Of a stretch of 32,000 bases of DNA, positions 1-9,323 are shown one piece after another. Under the pieces are notes generated by a model. The model was given only the letters and a program-made list of their open reading frames with translations, was not told where the DNA came from and did not search any database. Position 1 is the stretch's first letter; each line of letters starts with the position of its first letter. The stretch covers positions 1,645,701-1,677,700 of the forward strand of contig NZ_CP160328.2 in NCBI RefSeq assembly GCF_040741455.2. Reading direction: 5' to 3'. Both the position numbers and the translations under genes were made by a program. This DNA comes from Snodgrassella alvi. Lineage in GTDB: Bacteria > Pseudomonadota > Gammaproteobacteria > Burkholderiales > Neisseriaceae.

Positions 1-1113
1 GAAGCAGCACAGCCCTTGTTGCTCGCACTGGCCAATATGCCGGCTCAACTTGATTCATACGATAATGGCATTGAAAGTCTGCGTGAACTGCTCATACGCG
101 AAGTGCACATTTATCAAACTTTATGTGATCGGGCAAATTTGAGGCGTGAACACGTACTGGCGGTACGTTATTGTGTTTGCACAGCTCTGGATGAGGCTGC
201 CAATAAAACATCATGGGGAGGTGGAGGAGCATGGGCTAGAAAAAGCCTGCTCATTGTTTTTCATAACGAAAGCTATGGTGGTGAAAAAATATTTCTATTA
301 ATTGGCCGTCTTTCTCCAAATCCAATTGAATACGGAGACGTATTAGAAGTCATCTACCGAATTTTAAGTTTGGGGTTTGAAGGGCGGTATAGTGTTCGTC
401 CGGATGGGCGTAAACAGCTTGATTTGATTCGTCAGCAATTGCTATCCATCATCAGCAGTGGCCGAGATCCGGTTGCCCGTGATTTGTCTCCACACTGGTA
501 TGCAGATGCATCTGGTAAGTTTCGTCGACTGCGTTCGTTGCCTGTATGGATCAGTACTGTGTTTTTTTGCTGTCTGTTATTGGCCATTTTTGTCTGGTTT
601 AAATTTCAGATTGTGGATACTGATACAAGATTACAACAACGAATTGCTGCTATAGGTAAAGCGGTGCCACCACCAGCAACGACTGGTGTATTGCGGCTGA
701 AAGCTTTACTTAAAGATGAAATTGAACGTGGTGTAGTCAGCGTTAATGAAAATGCTCAGCAAAGTCAGGTAACATTTCTTGGTGATTTCATGTTTGTGCC
801 GGGCAAGAAAACAGTAAATCCCAAAATAATGCCAGTACTGGATAAAGTAGCCAGCGAAATAAACAAAGTATCAGGTACTGTAACTGTAACTGGACATACT
901 GACAATCAACCTATTCATACTGCTGAATTTCCTTCTAATCAGGTTTTATCTGAAAAAAGAGCAGCAGAAGTGGCCGCTTTGTTAGTAAACAAAGGGATAG
1001 CGGAATCACGATTGAAAATTGTCGGTTTGGGTGATAGTGCACCAGTAGAGGATAACAATACAGCAGAAGGCCGTGCAAAAAATCGTCGTGTAGATATTTT
1101 GGTAACTGAGTGA
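1..1113 (+). CDS. tssL: T6SS membrane protein TssL (DotU/IcmH family) with C-terminal OmpA-like peptidoglycan-binding domain; 5' end probably off-window
   Basis: The frame is open from position 1 (no stop upstream of the TTG at 16), so this is treated as 5'-partial. DotU-type motifs are present (RYCVCTALDEAANKTSWGG, LEVIYRILSLGFEGRY). There is one TM helix (VWISTVFFCCLLLAIFVWF). The C-terminus has the OmpA_C signature (GHTDNQPI..NQVLSEKRAAEVAALL..GRAKNRRVDILV). Confidence 0.85.
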   Translation, partial: EAAQPLLLALANMPAQLDSYDNGIESLRELLIREVHIYQTLCDRANLRREHVLAVRYCVCTALDEAANKTSWGGGGAWARKSLLIVFHNESYGGEKIFLLIGRLSPNPIEYGDVLEVIYRILSLGFEGRYSVRPDGRKQLDLIRQQLLSIISSGRDPVARDLSPHWYADASGKFRRLRSLPVWISTVFFCCLLLAIFVWFKFQIVDTDTRLQQRIAAIGKAVPPPATTGVLRLKALLKDEIERGVVSVNENAQQSQVTFLGDFMFVPGKKTVNPKIMPVLDKVASEINKVSGTVTVTGHTDNQPIHTAEFPSNQVLSEKRAAEVAALLVNKGIAESRLKIVGLGDSAPVEDNNTAEGRAKNRRVDILVTE

Positions 1114-1153
1114 ACCAAATTTTGTATTAATTACATTCGCCGTTAAAAAAGGT

Positions 1154-1675
1154 ATGAAAATGCGGTTACTGAATAATATTGTCAAGCTTTCTTTAAGTAT
1201 TTGGTTAGGCTTATTTAGTGTTATATCTTTTGCATCTGTTTTGGATAATGATGAACCAATTATCGTTGAACAAATCAGGCAGCAGTTGGCTGAACCAGTA
1301 AATGCAGCAAGAATTTCGGATGCTCAGGTAAAAGATATTATTCGTCATAATCTTGATAGCAGGCTTGGAACATCACTGCATAATGTCTATGGCATTAATT
1401 TACAAAGCATTTCATCAGATAATGCACCTGCACCTATACAATTGGGATTTTTAGAACTCAGCTATTCAGACGAAACAGCCGCTGCACAAGCTATAAAATC
1501 ACTGGGCAAAACCCGTTTTTTTAAGCACAGCAAAATTCTGGTTCCATTTTCTGAAGTCAGGATAGGAAGTAAATTGCAGATTTTATTTACTGAAAACGCC
1601 GGAAGCCGTCGCGCACAAGCAATTATTGATAAATTTTCGAAGTATGAAGATAAGAACTCGGAAACTTCAGGTTAA
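1154..1675 (+). CDS. hypothetical secreted/periplasmic protein (signal peptide, no lipobox), unassigned T6SS-associated gene
   Basis: 173-aa ORF preceded by an A/G-rich RBS (aaaaaagg). The N-terminus is hydrophobic and signal-like (KLSLSIWLGLFSVISFASV) and contains no Cys. I recognise no family motif. It lies between tssL and tssM. Confidence 0.6.
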   Translation: MKMRLLNNIVKLSLSIWLGLFSVISFASVLDNDEPIIVEQIRQQLAEPVNAARISDAQVKDIIRHNLDSRLGTSLHNVYGINLQSISSDNAPAPIQLGFLELSYSDETAAAQAIKSLGKTRFFKHSKILVPFSEVRIGSKLQILFTENAGSRRAQAIIDKFSKYEDKNSETSG

Positions 1676-1807
1676 AAAATAGTATTAATTTAAAAAGGTT
1701 GTAGGGCATAAACCCATAGGTGGTATCAACTATATTTGTGCAGAGGTCATATACCTCAGTAAAAATTTATTATCAACCCACCTAGATAGATAGCTAAAGC
1801 AAATAAC

Positions 1808-4800
1808 ATGCAAAAAATTTTAGATTTTCTTTTTTCCCGCCGCATGCTGGTAATTATCGGTATTATTTTATTAGCACTGATAGTCTGGTTTGTAGGACCT
1901 TTGCTGACGTTTGGTGGATTGCATCCTTTTGCATCTATATCTACGCGCATTGTCACCATTCTGATTCTGTTCGCATTTCTGTTTCTATGGTTTAAGAACT
2001 GGTCGTTATCGGCTATCTGGGTTGCAGCTTTATGTGTACTGATATGGAAAGCAGCACCTCTGCTTGCATATGGTCAGACCAAACCATTTGCACCAGCATG
2101 GACTCGAGCCATGTTGATTGGCATCGTTTTGTTTTGTTATGCGCTGTATGGTTTGTACCGACTATGGTTGGCTTTACGTGTAGATGAGCAGTTATTGCAA
2201 AAAATCCTGCGTCCGCGTGGCGATAAACCTGTTGTTTCTGAAGCTCGTGAAGATCAGCGTGCGGTTACCAATATTGTCTCACGTGCCGTTGAGCAGCTTA
2301 AGCAATTGCGTATTGGTAAGCCGGGACTTGGTATACGCCGTATTTTTGAAGGTAAACGCTATTTATATGAGCTGCCGTGGTACATGATTATTGGTGCGCC
2401 CGGTGATGGTAAAACAACAGCTTTAATGAATGCTGGCCTGCAATTTCCACTGGCAGAGCAAATGGGACAATCAGCGGAAGCCTTTGCTGTGCCCGGCAAA
2501 GGCGGCACAGTACATTGTGACTGGTGGTTTACCAATGAAGCCGTGTTAATTGATACTGCTGGACGTTATGTTCGCCATGATGATGGCGGTTCTGCTGATA
2601 CTACTTCCCGCAATGCTGAGGAATGGCGTGGTTTTCTCGGTCTTCTGCGCAAATATCGTCCGCGCGCACCAATTAATGGTGTACTTTTAACAGTCAATGT
2701 AGCTGATCTGGCCGGTAAATCTGAAGCTGAGCGTATCACTGCTGCGGCAGCATTAAGAGCGCGTCTGGGAGAGCTCCGAACCGAATTAGGTATTCAGTTT
2801 CCGGTATATTTGGTGGTAACCAAAATGGATCTTCTGCCTGGTTTCACCGATTACTTTAACTCCCTAACTACTGAGGGGCGTGCACAAATATGGGGTTTCA
2901 CTTTACCGTATGATCAGAAACAGCAAAAAAATAATTATGATAAGCTGCGTTCAAATTGTGAAAGTGAGCTAAAGCTACTAACGCAAAGACTAGATCAGGG
3001 TGTAGATAATCGTTTACAGGAAGAATACGATGTACAGCGCAGATGTAATCTTTATGCTCTGCCACAGGAATTTGCTGCGCTTGCTGAACCATTACTAGAT
3101 ATTATAGAACGCGTATTTCTTGATTCTAAATTTGATGCAACCCAATTGCACAATACGCTCAGAGGTGTGTATTTTACTAGTGCAGCTCAAGCGCCAGCTC
3201 AAGCTACAGCTGATCGCCTATCCCTAATGCAACGTTTATGGCGGGCTATCAAGCGTGACCCAGCATATACTGAAAAAAACAGTCTTTATGCAAATACAGT
3301 ACCGCCTACAGGCAATCGCAGCTATTTTCTACATGATTTGCTGACCAAACTTATTTTTCAAGAGCCAAACCTAGTTCAACCCAATCTACAATGGGAAATG
3401 CGTTATCGCGTAATGCGATTTACCGGTCATTTATTGGTACTGATTATATTCCTTTGGCTAGTACAGGGTATGTATACCAGTTATGGTAAAAATAGTAATT
3501 ATCTTGCAGCAGTTAATGTTAAAGCAGCTGCGCTTGCTGAAAAAGTGCGCGTTTATTCACGTAAACCTACTACAACAGCTGTACCAGATATTCTGAATTC
3601 AGCCCGTGAGCTGGCTGCATACCCCGGACTAGATCCGGATAAACCACCAACCAGTTTCCGATATGGTTTGTATAGCGTACCGCATGTAATCAGTAGTGCC
3701 GCCTCCACTTATGACCAGCTACTGGATCAGCTGCTACTGCCACCTGTGGTTCGTGGTGTTGAAAGTACCCTTTCCAATGCTATTGCACAGAAAGATACCA
3801 AAGCAACCTATGATGCCTTACGTGTCTATCTGCTACTTAATCTGGATGCAGATCATCAGGATAAGTTTAACGCTGCTGAAATTCAGGCATGGATATTGAA
3901 AGACTGGCAACAAAACGATACCGCTGCAGCTTTTGGTGGAAGTGCCAGTATTTATGAGCATCTGGGTGCACTTTTTGATGGTAGCCGTGTCATACATTCT
4001 CCATTTGCCAAAAATGATGCCTTGATTCGTAGTGCAAGGGAGTTGTTGGAAGGTAGTACCAGTACCGAGCGAATCTACGACCGAGCCAAAGTTGCCATGA
4101 GTGATGAGGCACCAGAAGACTTTACGATTGTACGTGCAGTAGGCGCTGATGCCGGTATGGTCTTTGTTCGTGCCAGTGGCGAACCGCTTGATCGCGGTAT
4201 TCCGGGTCTTTTTACTGTACAGGGTTATAGAGATTTATTTGATAAACGCATCTCTGAATTTGTTGCTGCCGCTTATGCAGATGACGAATGGGTTATGGGC
4301 AGGGAGACTGCTGCTTCTCAAAAAAAAACTGCTGAACGTGCCCAGCAGCTGGTTCAGAAGGTTAACGGAGATGATGACCCTTTAATCAAAGAGGTGCGGC
4401 GGCTTTATTTAACAGAATACACTTCGCGCTGGCAGGCTTTTCTTGAAGATATTCACAGCGTGAATAGTACCGGTGCTGACAATAGTCCCAGTCTGGCTTT
4501 TGACTTACAGACATTGCGTACATTTGCTGCTCCCGATTCGCCACTGATGCGGCTTTCCAAAGCAGTTGTAGAACAAACAACGCTGGTACCACCTATGGAC
4601 AAAAATACCAGCCAAAAAATTCTGGCTGAACGAGCCGAACAAAGATTATCAGGCAATACCCGTGAAGCCGTACAGACAGCCAAATTGTTGAAAAACGTAC
4701 GTCCTGAAGAGCAGTTAGAAAAAACACTAGTCGATAATCGATTTGCTGCATTACGCGAAGTTGTCACCGGCGCTGCCGATATGCAAAACAGTAATGCAGG

Positions 4801-5737
4801 CAGCAGGCCGCAGAAATTAGACAACGTACTGAGTCTGCTCAATGAATATTACAATCAATTAATGATAGCAGATAATGCTTTAGCTGCTAACACTTTACCT
4901 CCCAAAATTGATGCTGCAGAAAAATTACGGCTTGAAGCAGTCAAAATGCCAGCACCTTTACAAAATATCTTGCTCGATCTAACCAATCAAGGGGCCCGTA
5001 AACTGAATCTGGCATCAGGAGAGGTACTTAGCCGGCAAATGGAGGCCATGATAGGCGGAAATTGTCGCAATGTAATTGATGGCCGTTATCCCTTTGCGGC
5101 CAGTAATCAGGAAGTAAGTGCGGACGATTTTAACCGTATATTTGCCAGTGGCGGACTGCTTGACGATTTTTTCAATAAACAGCTCGCATCACAAGTAGAC
5201 ATAACATCTAATCCATGGCGTTACAAACAATCTGAAGGAAGCAACACACCTTTACCGGGACCAAGTTTGGCACCGTTCCAGCAGGCAAAACGCATTCGGG
5301 AAGCATTTTTTCAGGAGCAGGGAGCTCGGAAAATGTCTTGGAGTATGGATATTAAAGTTGTTGAACTGGATCCCACAATTACAGACTTGATTATAGATAT
5401 TGACGGACAATCACAACGTTATATGCATGGACCGGTGCGTCCACTACACATTACCTGGCCAGGTCCGAGAAACGGTTCCATGGCTGAAATAACGGCCAAT
5501 CCGCGCATACGTCAGGATAGTTCAACAATTATTACCAGCGGGCCATGGGCGCTTTTCCGGCTGCTGAACAAAGGCCGAATCATCAGCAGTATGAGTGACA
5601 GCCGCCATTTGGTTGAGTTTAAATTTGATGGTCGCCGTGTAGTGCTCGAAATATCTTCCAGTGTAGATTTTAACCTACAAAGTGCAAACAACCCATTACG
5701 TGGATTTACCTGCCCAGTAGGAGGTAGTACGCCATGA
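1808..5737 (+). CDS. tssM: T6SS inner-membrane protein TssM (IcmF family)
   Basis: 1309 aa. Three N-terminal TM helices are followed by a Walker A motif (GAPGDGKTT) and then a long C-terminal periplasmic region. Size and architecture are typical of TssM/IcmF. Its stop overlaps the next start (ATGA at 5734-5737). Confidence 0.93.
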   Translation: MQKILDFLFSRRMLVIIGIILLALIVWFVGPLLTFGGLHPFASISTRIVTILILFAFLFLWFKNWSLSAIWVAALCVLIWKAAPLLAYGQTKPFAPAWTRAMLIGIVLFCYALYGLYRLWLALRVDEQLLQKILRPRGDKPVVSEAREDQRAVTNIVSRAVEQLKQLRIGKPGLGIRRIFEGKRYLYELPWYMIIGAPGDGKTTALMNAGLQFPLAEQMGQSAEAFAVPGKGGTVHCDWWFTNEAVLIDTAGRYVRHDDGGSADTTSRNAEEWRGFLGLLRKYRPRAPINGVLLTVNVADLAGKSEAERITAAAALRARLGELRTELGIQFPVYLVVTKMDLLPGFTDYFNSLTTEGRAQIWGFTLPYDQKQQKNNYDKLRSNCESELKLLTQRLDQGVDNRLQEEYDVQRRCNLYALPQEFAALAEPLLDIIERVFLDSKFDATQLHNTLRGVYFTSAAQAPAQATADRLSLMQRLWRAIKRDPAYTEKNSLYANTVPPTGNRSYFLHDLLTKLIFQEPNLVQPNLQWEMRYRVMRFTGHLLVLIIFLWLVQGMYTSYGKNSNYLAAVNVKAAALAEKVRVYSRKPTTTAVPDILNSARELAAYPGLDPDKPPTSFRYGLYSVPHVISSAASTYDQLLDQLLLPPVVRGVESTLSNAIAQKDTKATYDALRVYLLLNLDADHQDKFNAAEIQAWILKDWQQNDTAAAFGGSASIYEHLGALFDGSRVIHSPFAKNDALIRSARELLEGSTSTERIYDRAKVAMSDEAPEDFTIVRAVGADAGMVFVRASGEPLDRGIPGLFTVQGYRDLFDKRISEFVAAAYADDEWVMGRETAASQKKTAERAQQLVQKVNGDDDPLIKEVRRLYLTEYTSRWQAFLEDIHSVNSTGADNSPSLAFDLQTLRTFAAPDSPLMRLSKAVVEQTTLVPPMDKNTSQKILAERAEQRLSGNTREAVQTAKLLKNVRPEEQLEKTLVDNRFAALREVVTGAADMQNSNAGSRPQKLDNVLSLLNEYYNQLMIADNALAANTLPPKIDAAEKLRLEAVKMPAPLQNILLDLTNQGARKLNLASGEVLSRQMEAMIGGNCRNVIDGRYPFAASNQEVSADDFNRIFASGGLLDDFFNKQLASQVDITSNPWRYKQSEGSNTPLPGPSLAPFQQAKRIREAFFQEQGARKMSWSMDIKVVELDPTITDLIIDIDGQSQRYMHGPVRPLHITWPGPRNGSMAEITANPRIRQDSSTIITSGPWALFRLLNKGRIISSMSDSRHLVEFKFDGRRVVLEISSSVDFNLQSANNPLRGFTCPVGGSTP

Positions 5738-6471
5738 TTGGTATACCGCGCATCTCGTCACCTGCTATTTGGGGAAAATTACCCGACAGGGGCGATTATG
5801 TTCGCTATAGAGCACAAGGACAGGAAATTGATGAATGGCGGATATGGTTAAATAAGCAGGAATGGCTGCAGCCTCAAAAAGATAATATTAAGGATAAACA
5901 TGATTGGCTGTACCTGACGCCCGATTTTGGGCAGGAAAGTCCCGTACTGCATGCTTTACCATGGAGTTTTGTATTAGCACCCGGAATATTGCCATTTTCA
6001 GGACGATCCTGGGTAATCGGGGTGATGAGTCCTTCTGCAGACAGCATTGGTCGTTCTTATCCTTTGGTGATTTATCAGACAGTCAATCAGTCATGGCTGC
6101 AACGATATCTGAACACACCATTGGGCTGGCTATATTGGCTGGCACAGTTAGTAGCAGGATATGTGAAACCAACCCAAAAAAATACAAAAGATCTTGCTAG
6201 TCAATTAGATAAATTGTGGGAAATTCATAGTCCAAAATGGGGTGGCTGGTTTGCCAGAGCACAAGTAGGAAATCAGACGGCCTGTCGCGAACTGACAGGT
6301 AAGATAAAAGAGGAAGATACCGAATTTTGCGGTGTACATTATTTGCCTTGGGCTAATTGGCCGCACGTGGTTTGGGAGTCATTGTCCGCAGAAGGGTGGT
6401 TCTGGCAGCAAGATGGAAGGGGCGGATTTCTAGATGCAAGAAGCCTAGGCAATAGTGTTTGGAAGGAATAA
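5734..6471 (+). CDS. tagF: T6SS-associated protein TagF (DUF2094/ImpM-like)
   Basis: The N-terminal motif WGKLPDRGDYV matches the GKLPxRGDF/YV signature of TagF. The gene is about 245 aa and directly coupled to tssM, as in many T6SS clusters. Confidence 0.8.
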   Translation: MIGIPRISSPAIWGKLPDRGDYVRYRAQGQEIDEWRIWLNKQEWLQPQKDNIKDKHDWLYLTPDFGQESPVLHALPWSFVLAPGILPFSGRSWVIGVMSPSADSIGRSYPLVIYQTVNQSWLQRYLNTPLGWLYWLAQLVAGYVKPTQKNTKDLASQLDKLWEIHSPKWGGWFARAQVGNQTACRELTGKIKEEDTEFCGVHYLPWANWPHVVWESLSAEGWFWQQDGRGGFLDARSLGNSVWKE

Positions 6472-6473
6472 AA

Positions 6474-7037
6474 ATGCCAACTAAAAAAGGGGCGTCCCGG
6501 TTATTGACAACAGGAGAAATATCTATGGTGACATCGTTATTTAAAACGGCAATCACGACAAGCGCTGTCAGAATTCATAACGATAAATATTTACGATTTC
6601 AGGACGAAAATACAGCTATGACACCCAATGGAGAATTATATTGGCCACAAACACATTTTAGAGAGGATTATTCAATTGAAACAGTTGATTATATTCACTG
6701 GTTTATGCATGAAATGACACATGTTTGGCAATATCAAATGGGAATGTCAGTTAAAATTCGCGGTTTGTTTAGTTTTGCGATAGAGTACAATTATGATTTA
6801 GAAAAAGGAAATTTATTGTCTGGATATAGAATGGAACAACAGGCATGCATTTTGTCTGATTATTATATTTTGGATCGATTTGGGTTTGATTCTTGGTATG
6901 ACCGAACAAGACAAAAGCATAAAGGTGACCGTTTTAAAAATAAACAATATGGAAAAGATTTTTGGATGAAAATATATAGCAACACGCTGTCACTATTTCT
7001 AAAAAATCCGAAAGATCAAAAGGCGTTATTCGAGTGA
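6474..7037 (+). CDS. signal-less HExxH zinc-metallopeptidase-like protein (DUF4157-like / 'Vgr-related protein'-type); candidate T6SS cargo effector
   Basis: I prefer the ATG at 6474, which has GGAAGGA 6 nt upstream, over the TTG at 6459. The protein contains HEMTHVWQYQ (HExxH). The upstream pattern (..VRIHNDKY..TAMTPNGELYW..) and the downstream EQQA motif resemble the DUF4157-type fold as I remember it. There is no signal peptide or TM segment. Its stop overlaps the next gene's GTG (GTGA at 7034-7037). Confidence 0.6.
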   Translation: MPTKKGASRLLTTGEISMVTSLFKTAITTSAVRIHNDKYLRFQDENTAMTPNGELYWPQTHFREDYSIETVDYIHWFMHEMTHVWQYQMGMSVKIRGLFSFAIEYNYDLEKGNLLSGYRMEQQACILSDYYILDRFGFDSWYDRTRQKHKGDRFKNKQYGKDFWMKIYSNTLSLFLKNPKDQKALFE

Positions 7038-7498
7038 AAAGCAAATTGAAAAACTGGATATTGGTAGTGAGCATATTACCTTTAGTCACAGGATTTAGTT
7101 GTCATCGAAAAATGATGTATACGCCTGATATTACTCTAAAAAAAGATGGTCAGCCATGTATCAGTATACCCTTGCACGAAGTTAATTTTTTAAATAAAAA
7201 CAAGCAGTTTGATTTAATAACAGCAGACGTATTTCAAGTAGGTGTTGGCACGCTTTGGGAAAAAAAATATTATGACTCATCAAAACTTTATAAAATTCAA
7301 GCAGGTAAGTGCATAGGTTTTGAATACCATTTTCAAAAAAATATCGTTTATTCTATTGGTTTTATATCTGCAGCCAGTGGAAGCAAGGAGTTTGAAAATG
7401 GCGACCAAAAAATATGGGCTAGAGATTTGCGAATTACAACTAATACTGATGGCTCGGCAAAACTTTTATTAGATCTTGAAGCTAGAGAAAATAATTAA
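7034..7498 (+). CDS. exported small protein (signal peptide, atypical lipobox VTGFSC), candidate periplasmic immunity protein, paralog A
   Basis: The GTG start is coupled to the upstream HExxH gene. The N-terminus is hydrophobic (WILVVSILPLVTGFSC). Two Cys residues are conserved with the paralog (GQPCISIP and GKCIGFEYHF). About half of aligned residues are identical to the 7686-8168 product. Confidence 0.65.
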   Translation: MKSKLKNWILVVSILPLVTGFSCHRKMMYTPDITLKKDGQPCISIPLHEVNFLNKNKQFDLITADVFQVGVGTLWEKKYYDSSKLYKIQAGKCIGFEYHFQKNIVYSIGFISAASGSKEFENGDQKIWARDLRITTNTDGSAKLLLDLEARENN

Positions 7499-7685
7499 AT
7501 AAAAATAATCTACAAATAGTATGTTTTGAATTTTTGCTTTTCTTGTAAAAAAATTATATAAATCAAATATCTAATAGAAAATTTATCTGCAATTGAAGAG
7601 TTTTACAGATAGTTTTATTTTATCTGCATCTTTAATTTAGTCTAGCTCCTTTGGAATATCCAATAGATAGAAAAGTGTTATTCAA

Positions 7686-8168
7686 ATGAAACTAAGATTG
7701 AATAAGTACCTGTTGGTTAGTTTCATATTATTGTACATAACTGGGTGTTATTTTCATCGCCCGATGGTTTCTAAACCCGATATTGTTTTAAAAAATAATG
7801 GACAGCCATGCATTAGTATACCGGCACTACTGATAAATTTTGATCGTAAAAAACAGTTTGACATAATAACAACAGAGGTATTTCAAGAAGGTGTCGGGCA
7901 ATTATGGATGAAAGATTATTTTGATCCGCTAAATTTTGGTTTACCAAAAAAATATTATGTTGTGAGTGGAGAGTGTATACGCTTTGACTATCATTTCCAG
8001 AATAATATTGTCTATTCAATCAATTTTGAATCAAATATTAGAGGAAACGATGAATCAAAGAATATGACGCAAAAAACATGGGCAAGAGAATTTCGTATAT
8101 TCAAAGATAATCATGGTAATGTGGAATTATGGTTAGATTCTAGTGCCAGAAAAAACAAATATAATTAA
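7686..8168 (+). CDS. lipoprotein (canonical lipobox ITGC), candidate periplasmic immunity protein, paralog B
   Basis: The signal peptide ends in the lipobox LLYITGC. It shares GQPCISIP, EVFQ.GVG.LW, GECIRFDYHFQNNIVYSI and WAR..RI blocks with the 7034-7498 product. Confidence 0.7.
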   Translation: MKLRLNKYLLVSFILLYITGCYFHRPMVSKPDIVLKNNGQPCISIPALLINFDRKKQFDIITTEVFQEGVGQLWMKDYFDPLNFGLPKKYYVVSGECIRFDYHFQNNIVYSINFESNIRGNDESKNMTQKTWAREFRIFKDNHGNVELWLDSSARKNKYN

Positions 8169-9323
8169 AAGAAAATAAATACATTAATCATGATTTTTAA
8201 ATTTGCAATTATTATGTTCTGCAAAAAGCGCTTTTGAGAACCAAAAAAGGTCGAGTAATTTTATTAAAATGACAATAGTTTAGAAAATTGTATTATATCT
8301 AATATTTATCGGTTGGTTACAGCGGGACATGTAATCGTTTGCTCTCAGGGCACTATGAAGAAATAATTATAATTAATTCAAAATATTACGCATTACATTA
8401 ATAACCATTATACTCAAAATAAAAATTTGTTTTGTAATGAATCGGATAATTTTCCTATAAAGTGAAAATATGATGTATTAAAACTGTCGCCCAAAAAATA
8501 AGTCTGGAGAATACCTCATATACTGGCATTCAAAGATATATGATTGATAGCTATTGCCACTAGTAAAAAATACAGAATTTTGAATTTGTCATTATGATTA
8601 GATATTAATAATTATGTCAAAATACTATTATTATGTTTGCTGTAAATTGAAAACTAAATTAAATCATAGATGCCTGTGCTTATCATTTTCTAAATCAACC
8701 AGATTTGCAGATAGTTAAGTTGTTGTAAAAGATTAATTTAGAAATCTATAAATTCGCTTTATTTCAAAAATAATGTCTTATATTGTGTAAATATTATATA
8801 TAATAAAGTTTTATTTGGTTAAAAGGTGTTTCAAAGATTTATGCTAAATTAATGCTGAATGATTAAACATTTTTTGCATCTTTTTTTCTTCAATAAAGGT
8901 TTTATTGTTGGGAGATTAAAGTGCGGTGTGAATATTGAATAGAGTAGTACAAACTTATTTGCAATATGAAATAGCCAAAATTATAGCCTAATGTTAATTG
9001 TATTCAGGCGGGTTAATCAGTCAATATTTAGAGAGATGGAGATAGTACATAAGTAAAGGTAGACACTTTCAGATAAAAATATTGTGGTCTTCCATGCACC
9101 GGTTTGTTTTGCTATTTAAGATACGTCAGTAATGGCACTTGCTGGAAGAAATAATCTGGTTCAGAAAGTCATTTTCTAAATAATTATTTAATTTAAACCT
9201 TTAGAATGGGTTTGCATATCACGTTGGAAAAAAGGCCGTCCGCTGAATAAGCAATCAATACTGAAACATGCGCCTATATTGCATGTAATTAAATCTATGG
9301 CGCAATAATGATGGGGAAAAACC

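Noticed and set aside
4453-4842. 129-aa antisense ORF and several 64-78-aa alternate-frame ORFs inside tssM, plus the 98-aa alternate-frame ORF inside tagF (5904-6200).
   Set aside because: They are nested in strongly supported genes and have no start signals or recognisable motifs.
8225-8236. Palindrome aaaagcgctttt just downstream of the second lipoprotein gene, considered as a terminator.
   Set aside because: There is no loop, only an A/T stem around GCGC, and no proper downstream T-run. This is too weak to call.
9133-9142. TGGCAC immediately followed by TTGC upstream of vgrG, which resembles sigma-54 -24/-12 elements. A second ATGCAC...TTTTGC lies at about 9095-9113.
   Set aside because: The spacing is wrong. 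The GG and GC dinucleotides must be 10 nt apart, but here the elements are contiguous in the first case and about 4 nt too far apart in the second.
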